Part shown: positions 46,188 through 54,278 of the stretch, one piece after another
How positions within the stretch are numbered: the first letter of the stretch is position 1
Layout of the letters: the number at the start of each line of letters is the position of its first letter
Source of the DNA: a virus
Lineage: Duplodnaviria > Caudoviricetes
DNA: 64,000 nucleotides
Reading direction: 5' to 3' (one strand)
Virus record (IMG/VR): IMGVR_UViG_3300020045_003166
Location: 13-64,012 of that record
The notes under the pieces: model-generated
Told to the model about the DNA's origin: nothing
Databases searched by the model: none
What the model saw: the letters and a program-made list of their open reading frames with translations, nothing else
Program-made: the position numbers and the translations under genes

Positions 46188-47527
46188 CAGGCCACCGTTC
46201 CGGCCTGATAATAAACAAACGAGCGATCTGTCGATGCGACGATCAATTCACCAGCGCCCGCAGGCAGGCCCGAGGCGATTGTCAACACGCCACCCGCAGA
46301 CAGCGTGCCCGTGCCATAAACTACGGATGTAGGCGCTACGCCGATGCCCGTGCCTTGTCGCCACTCCCACACAACCGCCAGCGCGTTTTGAACGGTGCCG
46401 GTGTTGTTGATCATGGCTTCGGAGGTGAATGAGCCTGAGGCTCCGGTGCGTGTCGCCGATCCTGATACCGTAGCTGATGCTGATGCTATGGAGCCGCTAG
46501 TGCTGTGCGATACTGTTGCCCCGGTGCGTGTTGCGGCTCCTGAGACTGTTGCAGATGCGGATGATAGAGAGCCTGATGCGTCGTGCGTGACTATTCCCGC
46601 CGAAATAGTGAAACTGAACGTGTCTGAATCGACTGTCTGCGCTGCCGTGTCTGTTGCTCGGACACTGAGCGATGAATATGTTCCTGCCGTTGTTGGCGTA
46701 CCAGAGATAACCCCTACGCTTGATACCGTGACCCCCGCAGGCCATGATCCGACAGCCGCAAAGGTCAGCGCATCCGAGTCGCTGAAACTGTCTGAAATCG
46801 TATTCGATGACAGCGCCGTCCCGACCGTTCCTGTCTGATTTCCGATGTTCGGGCCGGAGAATGTTGGCGCGGCATTTCCGCCCCCTGCAACCCCTTTGAG
46901 CACCACCGAAACTTGAGCGGGCTGCGTACTCGTTCCACCCGTCCATGAATTTGATACGCTGGCAGATGTCCCGAGCTTGTACGAGGCTACACAAGCATGT
47001 TCGCCGTCGAATCCGATCTGTGATCCGAGTTGTGCCTGCCCCGGCGTTATAGTGGGCGTGGTTGACGAGTAGATAACAAATGAATTAAGTGTTACATCAA
47101 ACTCCGTGGCCGAAATAGTACCAACAAACGGTGATGTTGCCGATGGGACGCTTTGGCTTAACGGCGTACCAAACGCGCTTGCCTGATCTACGTCATTCCA
47201 TGCAGCGACCTGTATGGCGCACCTTGCGCCCCACCAGCTACCAACCCCAACAAATGCGTTAAAGGTGCCTTCTGGCGGATTATGTAAATACCAAATTGAT
47301 GTCGTGGCCTGCGAAGTTTGCGGCTGCGCGTATAGTAGAGACATTGCTGCGCCATTGAACGTAACCGTCCATCCAGTAGCGGTCGAGGCAGTCCCCTGTA
47401 GTATTAGTATTATGGTCTTGTTCGACCCCGCGCCAACCGTGACGGGCAGATTGTGCCCAAACGGTGACGCGCTATCTAGTGTCCCTGCCCATTGTGCTAC
47501 GCTGCCGGCCTGTAACGATGGTTGCAT
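46187..47527 (-). CDS. Appendage protein with Ig/cadherin-like domain and 2 x THxASG repeats
   Basis: NAAPTFSG...DSDALTF...PAGVT.SS.GVISGTPT..GTY...VRATD. Confidence 0.7.
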   Translation of the reverse strand: MQPSLQAGSVAQWAGTLDSASPFGHNLPVTVGAGSNKTIILILQGTASTATGWTVTFNGAAMSLLYAQPQTSQATTSIWYLHNPPEGTFNAFVGVGSWWGARCAIQVAAWNDVDQASAFGTPLSQSVPSATSPFVGTISATEFDVTLNSFVIYSSTTPTITPGQAQLGSQIGFDGEHACVASYKLGTSASVSNSWTGGTSTQPAQVSVVLKGVAGGGNAAPTFSGPNIGNQTGTVGTALSSNTISDSFSDSDALTFAAVGSWPAGVTVSSVGVISGTPTTAGTYSSLSVRATDTAAQTVDSDTFSFTISAGIVTHDASGSLSSASATVSGAATRTGATVSHSTSGSIASASATVSGSATRTGASGSFTSEAMINNTGTVQNALAVVWEWRQGTGIGVAPTSVVYGTGTLSAGGVLTIASGLPAGAGELIVASTDRSFVYYQAGTVA

Positions 47528-47529
47528 GC

Positions 47530-48783
47530 TTATCCCCTAACCGACACGCGCCTGAAATCTATTGACCCAATTCCACCAGTGAATGTTGAGGCGATGGTGT
47601 AGATAATTAAAAAATTGAGTGACGTTGGGGTAGTTCCCCCCGTCCGTTTAGTTGTATTTCGCAGCACGTAGGTTTTCGACAATGATGCTGACGGCTCGAA
47701 ATCTATCGATACCTGCGGGGATATAAACTCTGTTGTGTTGGCCTGAATGTAGGTGCTTACGTTAGATATTTGTGTTGTGTTTACTGCGTTGAGACGTATT
47801 TCAGCGGAAACGTCAAACTGTGCAGGGTCAATCGAGGACATTGCGCGGCCTTGCAATGCAATCCCGGTGTTAAGGTGCTGTCCGCTTGTAGCCGCTGATA
47901 TTGCGACACGCTGCCACGGCGTTTGATTTGCATCGCCAATATCCGCCGCGACTTTTGAGCAAACTGCTGTCATGTTATAGCCGGTTACACCAGTATTATT
48001 TGCCACAACCCCTGTAACCGATCCACCTACCGATCCACCAGATCCGGCCATAAATGGGTTAATCACCCACTGAGGATGCGCCGGGTAAATGTCTGTCGGG
48101 TCTGTTATCAACGGGCTAGGCTTCCCGGCAAGTTCTGCGGCCAAAGCAGACGCCAGCGCCGCGCCACACACCGCAACCCCTTTGTGGTTTAGATGTACAT
48201 CATCTACAAAATACGATGCAATCTGCGACCCGTCGGGATTGCGTAATCCAAGCGAGTCGTTCACGAACATAAACCTGCCCGGATTCGCTGCGGCAAAAGC
48301 CGCAAGCCACGAATTAGCCGCGATTGAGCTTGTATTTCCTGCCACGTTCGATACTGGTGGGACCGATAGAATAATCACCCGTTTTGCGTATGTCGCCAGC
48401 GCATTACATAGTGACGTTGCCGCCGTTGTTGGAAATGCGCCGCCGCCTCGTATATCGTTTGTTCCGACTCGACTAACCGCGTAACCGATAGAGCTTTCGC
48501 CAACAGACGCCGCGATTCCCGCGAAGCCAGGCGAGCCAGCGGTGTACAGGTTGTTCACCCGCGACAGAATATCTGCAACAGTCTCGCCAGAAACCCCACA
48601 ATTTGCCAGCAGCTTGAGCTTACCCCCGTTAGCTCCGTTGCCGGTGTAAAACGGGGTCAACCCGTAGCCTGCTGCCGTTAGCGAGTCGCCAATCAGGGCT
48701 GCGTATGAGTTTGCATTAAACCGCCCCCCAGCGATCACTCCACCAGAGGCACATCTATAGGAATCGGCAACCGGAGAGGTCAT
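47530..48783 (-). CDS. SGNH/GDSL hydrolase-domain protein
   Basis: IGDSLT (block I), GVSGET (II), GTND (III), DDVHLN (V). Confidence 0.85.
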   Translation of the reverse strand: MTSPVADSYRCASGGVIAGGRFNANSYAALIGDSLTAAGYGLTPFYTGNGANGGKLKLLANCGVSGETVADILSRVNNLYTAGSPGFAGIAASVGESSIGYAVSRVGTNDIRGGGAFPTTAATSLCNALATYAKRVIILSVPPVSNVAGNTSSIAANSWLAAFAAANPGRFMFVNDSLGLRNPDGSQIASYFVDDVHLNHKGVAVCGAALASALAAELAGKPSPLITDPTDIYPAHPQWVINPFMAGSGGSVGGSVTGVVANNTGVTGYNMTAVCSKVAADIGDANQTPWQRVAISAATSGQHLNTGIALQGRAMSSIDPAQFDVSAEIRLNAVNTTQISNVSTYIQANTTEFISPQVSIDFEPSASLSKTYVLRNTTKRTGGTTPTSLNFLIIYTIASTFTGGIGSIDFRRVSVRG

Positions 48784-49173
48784 TTACAGAGGCGCGGTGT
48801 AGGTGATGCTAGTAACCGAGATCGTGTCACCACTGGCAATTGTTGTACCGTTAGTCATGTTGACGTCTGAACCGGTAGTCGCAACGGCACAATGTAATTG
48901 AACCGACCCGGCTGCCGTTTCAATCGTCGCGAAGCCAATCGTCCCAGCCGTCGGGGGCGCATCACTAGCAATTGCGCTGTTACTCACAACACCCGCCGCG
49001 CCAGCCGTTAGCGATCCAGTTGCGGTGTTGGAATGCAGGACTGTGGCGTTTGGAGCATCTGCGGTAGGCGTCCCACCAGAGGCGCGGAACTTGACTTTAA
49101 ATCCAGCACCAACCGCTGTAGCCACCGCAGCGGCTATTGTGGTGCGCAAAGCTGCGACGTGTGTTACTGACAT
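48784..49173 (-). CDS. Small structural protein
   Basis: AGGAG RBS; GTIGFATI...G..SDVN...IASG..(I)SVTS.TY. Confidence 0.7.
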   Translation of the reverse strand: MSVTHVAALRTTIAAAVATAVGAGFKVKFRASGGTPTADAPNATVLHSNTATGSLTAGAAGVVSNSAIASDAPPTAGTIGFATIETAAGSVQLHCAVATTGSDVNMTNGTTIASGDTISVTSITYTAPL

Positions 49174-49305
49174 GGTGTTTCTCCTTCTTCGGGCGTTTCA
49201 ATCGGGGTGCAGACCAGATCAACAGTTTCGGTGAGCCCGGTCGCTGCTCGGGTGATTTCAAGCGTCATGGTCATGACGGCGGGTGCGGGTTGCAGGTCGT
49301 TCATT

Positions 49306-49761
49306 TCAATCCTCTACGGGGCAGTTGTTTCGTTTGCAGTAGTCTTGCCAGGCTCCAAGCTTGTTGGCGTCTTCGGCTGCAAACTGAATGAACTCTCGTT
49401 CACAAGCCACTGGTTTTTCGACGGCTCCATCATCCACCGGGACACTGGCGGGGCTTTCACAAGCGGGGGCAGGCTGGCACAGTTCGGGGTGGCGCAGGCA
49501 GTAAGTAGTAACGGCATTAGCGCGGATAGCAGGTACTTTGGATTCATAGTCTTTCCTCACTTCTTGGAGATTCGTCTCGCGCTGATCCGCAAGCTCGTTG
49601 AGTGCCTTGAGTTGGTCAGCTTGCGCTTGGGCGACAGTAGCCTTGAACGAGGCAAGTTCATCCCTCTTTCCAAGGTACAGATTAGTAGACAAAGCCAATA
49701 GCGCCGAGAGTATCGCGATGATAATCCAGGGTGCTGCTTTAATCAGGGCTAGTGGATTCAT
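49306..49761 (-). CDS. i-spanin (Rz-like)
   Basis: N-terminal TM followed by coiled coil; lysis cassette. Confidence 0.75.
   Translation of the reverse strand: MNPLALIKAAPWIIIAILSALLALSTNLYLGKRDELASFKATVAQAQADQLKALNELADQRETNLQEVRKDYESKVPAIRANAVTTYCLRHPELCQPAPACESPASVPVDDGAVEKPVACEREFIQFAAEDANKLGAWQDYCKRNNCPVED
49314..49547 (-). CDS. o-spanin (Rz1-like lipoprotein) embedded in alternate frame of i-spanin
   Basis: Signal peptide with lipobox LTAC; Pro-rich; fully nested. Confidence 0.75.
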   Translation of the reverse strand: MNPKYLLSALMPLLLTACATPNCASLPPLVKAPPVSRWMMEPSKNQWLVNESSFSLQPKTPTSLEPGKTTANETTAP

Positions 49762-49925
49762 GCGACTATTATACCTCTTTTTCGGAGTCGGTATTAACTT
49801 TTTCGTACCCTTCCATCTTGGTACCTATACACTCATTCAAACTCTGGCACCCGTGCGGACAATCGTACGGGCGTCGAGCCGGTCTATCAGCTCTAGGAAC
49901 GTATCCGAGACAGCACCTCGGCTGC

Positions 49926-50168
49926 TCAGTTTGGAGGAGTAGTTCGGTTTTCAGCATAGATCTTAAATACCCAACCGGCGAATAACGTGGCAGGAGCCTG
50001 TGCCGCTGCAATTATAGCGGCAGTCTCCAATCCAGCTAGCTTGCTTGAAGCCGCAAACAACATTCCCCACCTCGCCACGTCCATCAACATGTACATCGCC
50101 AGCGCCATCAGAATCGTAGCTCGCACATGATGCCGCTCCAGTACTTCCTCTATCTTCTGGCTGATCAT
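49926..50168 (-). CDS. Holin-like membrane protein (2 TM)
   Basis: Two hydrophobic segments; adjacent to endolysin. Confidence 0.6.
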   Translation of the reverse strand: MISQKIEEVLERHHVRATILMALAMYMLMDVARWGMLFAASSKLAGLETAAIIAAAQAPATLFAGWVFKIYAENRTTPPN

Positions 50169-50179
50169 ACATATTTACC

Positions 50180-50593
50180 TCAAGGATAGAATACTCGTCG
50201 TCCTGACTTTGGCGCTTTAGTGGTCCAGTGACTCCAGTGAAGCGTCGCGTCCGGATGCTCGATATAGATTCCACATGATTCAAGGCGATCAAGATTAGCC
50301 AGACACCATTTGTCAATCGATCCGTCTGGGTCATAGCGATCCACGGCCAAGCCCTCTTTGTGGCTAGACTGCGGAGCACCCTGTGGGCAGTTCTGCGGAC
50401 GGAAACCTCCGAAAGTAGAGCCACTAACTCCGTTGCCGGTTACGGGATTGTCGGGGAACTTCACACCGTCGGATTTGGCCAGAGTTTCAAGACGGGAGCA
50501 CGCCACTAACAGGTTAGCCGCATTAGCTTGACGTTCAATCGTCCAATCCGGTGATTCGGCATGTTTACCTACATATTGCGTCAGCGTAATCAT
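50180..50593 (-). CDS. Endolysin, peptidase M15-like
   Basis: GFRPQN...SSHKEGLAVD...WSH zinc-ligand pattern. Confidence 0.8.
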   Translation of the reverse strand: MITLTQYVGKHAESPDWTIERQANAANLLVACSRLETLAKSDGVKFPDNPVTGNGVSGSTFGGFRPQNCPQGAPQSSHKEGLAVDRYDPDGSIDKWCLANLDRLESCGIYIEHPDATLHWSHWTTKAPKSGRRVFYP

Positions 50594-50977
50594 TCAAGCT
50601 CCCAATTTAGTTTTAATCGCTTGGATCAGACTATCCCACACCGCGATAGCGATGAATCCACAGAAAGCGATGAAGGCCCATACAACCGTAGACTGACTTA
50701 CCTTTTCCATCATGCGATTGCGTACGTCTTGACGCTTGATCAAGTTGTCCACAAACTCGGCCCTCAAGATCATGACCTCCACGCCGCCCAGGTTTTTCAG
50801 TAACAAGTCAGATTGAGCGTCGCGTTCGTCTTCGCGTTTGGCATGAGGTATAATCACGGCGGTCAGTCGATTGATACTGTATAAGATAAGCCTATCAATT
50901 TCTCGACGGTCACCCTTGAGGTAGAGTTCAATTTCTTCCTCGGTGAGTACGTGGGGAGGAGTTTCTTGACTAGGCAT
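50594..50977 (-). CDS. Membrane protein, possible holin/antiholin
   Basis: C-terminal TM VVWAFIAFCGFIAIAVW. Confidence 0.55.
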   Translation of the reverse strand: MPSQETPPHVLTEEEIELYLKGDRREIDRLILYSINRLTAVIIPHAKREDERDAQSDLLLKNLGGVEVMILRAEFVDNLIKRQDVRNRMMEKVSQSTVVWAFIAFCGFIAIAVWDSLIQAIKTKLGA

Positions 50978-50982
50978 GATTA

Positions 50983-53664
50983 TTACTCGGCAGTGATTTG
51001 GACTTTACGCATCCCGATGGTCTTGCCATCCGGACCTTTAATGAGCTCGGTAGGCGCATTCATATGTTGCATAACAGCCCTTAAACCTTCGACGGTGGCG
51101 GTTAGAGCGTCCCCGGTCTTGGCCTTCTCAAGCTGACCTAACATATCTTGCATCTGCTTCATCATGGGGCTGAAATCGGGAGCTTCTGGCGCTTGCGCCG
51201 GGATAGCCGCGACCTGGTTTTGCAACTCCAACAACTTGAGCTGAAGAGCCGTTTCATTGTCATCGCGGTTCTTCATCAATTCAGTCATCTGGTGTTGTTT
51301 GTTGTCGGCCTCATTCTTGATCAACTCGATTTGCTGTTGCATCGCGTCAGCCTGTTGTTCAGCTTTAAGACTGATAGCTTGAGTCTGAGTAGCAAACTGA
51401 TTCTTCAACGCTTCAATCAACGGAGCCGTCTGACGGTCTTGCGTCTCGAGGTCTTGAGTGAACTTCAATTCATTGTCCTTACGACCCTGCTCAGCCTTGT
51501 CGACTTCCGTCTTGCGCTGAATCTCAGCCATGGCGGCTTCAAAGGTCTTCTGAATAGCGGGATCAACCGGAGGCGGAGGCTGTTTGCTTTGCACGATCTT
51601 AGCCGCTTCCTGAAGGATGGGTAGGAGACCTTCCATCGTTTTCGAGTTAGCTTCCTGAGCCTTCATAGAGGCTATGAGTGCTATCTGGTCCGGACTCATG
51701 TTCTGACCTTGCGATTCAATCATCACGACCATCTGAGCCGACTGAGCCGCGAAGCCGTAGTCTAGTATCAAGTGGTCATTGACATGAGCCATTAGAGCCG
51801 CGAGCTTCTGTCCGTCTACCTGACCCTGAGCAATCATAGGTTGCATGATGAACATCAGGTGACACTTGATATGGGCGAGGTGATCCTGAGGCTCTACGGC
51901 CTTCAGCATCTTACCTTGCATGATAGAGATGTTCTCGGTCACCGGATCAGCCGTCACCAACTCATCTGGCTTCGGTAGGAACTCATCAATACCTTCTACG
52001 CGCAGCAACTCCAGCATACGCCGACGCATAGCGACTTTATTCCACGGTATTGAAGGATCTTGTACATCCGTTGAAGCCAGTTGCATCACGCTTTGCATTT
52101 GAGCGAAGCGTTGCGTTTCACTGAAGATATTGGGATCAGACACCGGAGCGATGTCGCTGCTGTCCAGGAAGTCTTCAGGTACGAGGTCGAACTTACCTAG
52201 GTCGGCGAGCGCGTGTTCCGGATAGTCGGCTATCAAGCGGCATATGATCTTCAGGGCTTTACGCTGGGCGTCGTGCAACCGTGCGTGAATACTGGAGAAG
52301 ACCTGCGAGCCTTGTTCAATCAGCGCCAAGGCTGTACCGACAGGCATGTTAGCACCCGCGTCTGCGATACGCTCTTCAGCGGTAGCGACGACCCCCTTGG
52401 CCTGGGCCGTGATCCAATCTAACAACTGGAACAGGACCGCGGATGGCGGGTTGAACGGAACCGGCATCATCACCTTACGGATGTCATCCGTACCTGCGGG
52501 AGCTTCAATCTCGGTTACGGCCGTCATGTCTAGTGAAACATTCTGCCCACTCGACCGACCGCCCTTCAGTTTAATAGCAGTAGGGGCGTTGTTGATATGG
52601 GCAGAATCTAGTAGAGCGCGGAGTGCGCCAGTCAGTGCGGCCGCAAGACCGCCAATCAGGTGTGGGAAGCCTATACCATAGGCACCACGCCAGGGGATGA
52701 ACTTGTCTTCTACCCACCAGTCCAGGCGTTCTTTACTCTCGTCACTTTCTTTCCAATTGCGATAGATAGCACAAATAGACCCCGAAGGCTCATCAATGTG
52801 AATAACGTAAGGAGCAATACCGTCACCTTCAACATCCCAGTTGCAAGTAACTTCGTATATAATACGGCATCCGTCTTCATTATACCCACTGTCCTCTTTG
52901 CCTTCGATCTTGGCCGTAGCCTTCTGGGAGGCGGTCTCTTCAACCTGTTGATCTGACTGACCAAAGACGTCCTTATAGAACTTAGCATCAACATACTCTT
53001 GAATCTTCTCTTCCGTCAGGTCTTTTTCGTGAGTGACTCGGTTAGACGCGTAGAAGGAATTAGCGGAGTACGGCAGATAGACCTTGTCTACCGGCACGAA
53101 TTCCATACGGATACGACGGCCATCAAACCAATACTTCTCGTACTGGGAGCCTCCGAGCGGGAGTTGGGTGAGGAGCGTTTCTTTCTCGGAGCGATACTCA
53201 GGCATGCGCTCTACGAGGTAGAAGTTCAGGAAGTCACGCTTCTTGCGCGCCTTGTCTAACTTCAGTGAAGTGGCTTCGCCTTGAATCTTAGTACGGACTG
53301 GACCGTTGCTCGGGAACAGTTCCTTGATAGCTCGGGCTGAGAAGTCTACGCAGCCTTCAGCGAGTACCGGGTGAACGACCTTGGCCGCTCCATCAAACGT
53401 CGCGCCGCCTGGAGCGTCATCGCCCAGACCGGTACGCCTGATTCCTTCTTCTTGAGCGGCATCTCTAGCTTTTCTTGCCTCTTTATCTTTTTCTATTAAA
53501 TCTATCAGCGATGTTGAAATAGTATTTAGCTCAAAGTTACTCATCGACTCCGCTAAGTTACTATAGAAATCATCAGACGTGACTTCCTCTTCTTCAGGTA
53601 GATCAGTGATTACAGCTGAGCCGTCAGCTAATTCCTCAACACCTTCAATATTAGATTCAAGCAT
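50983..53664 (-). CDS. Portal protein (P22-like, long C-terminal helical extension)
   Basis: VVHPVLAE, ELFPSNGPVRTKI, QLPLGGS, KFIPWRGAYGIG, MPVGTALALIEQG...S.IHARLH. Confidence 0.9.
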   Translation of the reverse strand: MLESNIEGVEELADGSAVITDLPEEEEVTSDDFYSNLAESMSNFELNTISTSLIDLIEKDKEARKARDAAQEEGIRRTGLGDDAPGGATFDGAAKVVHPVLAEGCVDFSARAIKELFPSNGPVRTKIQGEATSLKLDKARKKRDFLNFYLVERMPEYRSEKETLLTQLPLGGSQYEKYWFDGRRIRMEFVPVDKVYLPYSANSFYASNRVTHEKDLTEEKIQEYVDAKFYKDVFGQSDQQVEETASQKATAKIEGKEDSGYNEDGCRIIYEVTCNWDVEGDGIAPYVIHIDEPSGSICAIYRNWKESDESKERLDWWVEDKFIPWRGAYGIGFPHLIGGLAAALTGALRALLDSAHINNAPTAIKLKGGRSSGQNVSLDMTAVTEIEAPAGTDDIRKVMMPVPFNPPSAVLFQLLDWITAQAKGVVATAEERIADAGANMPVGTALALIEQGSQVFSSIHARLHDAQRKALKIICRLIADYPEHALADLGKFDLVPEDFLDSSDIAPVSDPNIFSETQRFAQMQSVMQLASTDVQDPSIPWNKVAMRRRMLELLRVEGIDEFLPKPDELVTADPVTENISIMQGKMLKAVEPQDHLAHIKCHLMFIMQPMIAQGQVDGQKLAALMAHVNDHLILDYGFAAQSAQMVVMIESQGQNMSPDQIALIASMKAQEANSKTMEGLLPILQEAAKIVQSKQPPPPVDPAIQKTFEAAMAEIQRKTEVDKAEQGRKDNELKFTQDLETQDRQTAPLIEALKNQFATQTQAISLKAEQQADAMQQQIELIKNEADNKQHQMTELMKNRDDNETALQLKLLELQNQVAAIPAQAPEAPDFSPMMKQMQDMLGQLEKAKTGDALTATVEGLRAVMQHMNAPTELIKGPDGKTIGMRKVQITAE

Positions 53665-54277
53665 TTTGTTTTACCCTGTCATAGTAAGCCGTCAGGCTGC
53701 GCGATAGCTTTTCACACGTTTCTGCGCTAACTTCCCTACCACGCATTCGGTCTGACAACTTCTTTCGCTCTTCGGCGTCTTCATAGCGACGTTTAGCAGC
53801 GGCTGAAAGTTTCGCTTTGGTTTCTTCTGATACTATTTTACCGGTGAGCTTTTTCGCTATCTGTTCTCGCACCCCAGGTTGAGCCATTCGACTAGTAACA
53901 GCTACAGCGATTTTATCTTTCGCTCGCTGAGTCATAACTTTGCCGGTGTTGAATGCTGAAAGTATAGCTTTGGATTCATCGCTCATCACGTTGCCGGTAA
54001 CACCTTCGCCACCATCCGTAAGGTTGTAACCGTCAGGCGCTTTAGTGTTAAAGACCTTGATCGCTTTCTTTTCGGCTTCCTTAAGATAATCCCACCCGCC
54101 AACCGCTAATGTTTTGACTTCCGGAAGACCGTGTTTATTGATAGCGTGGTGAATTGCGAATTCAGGACGATTTCTTGCAGAAGACAAATGCTCTGAAAAT
54201 CGAGCGTGAGCGCTCTGTCGGGTTATCCCTACATAGGATTTGCCGTTAGGGAAGTCTAGTCTGTACAATTCAGCCAT
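53657..54277 (-). mobile_element. Free-standing GIY-YIG homing endonuclease with NUMOD3-like repeats
   Basis: LYRLDFPNGKSYVGIT, R...H, E...I, GYNLTDGGEG, repeated SEETKAKLS-like units. Confidence 0.85.
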
Positions 54278-54278
54278 A

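Noticed and set aside
45445-46838. Long + strand ORFs (211 and 147 aa)
   Set aside because: They are antisense mirrors of Ala/Thr/Ser-rich repeat genes
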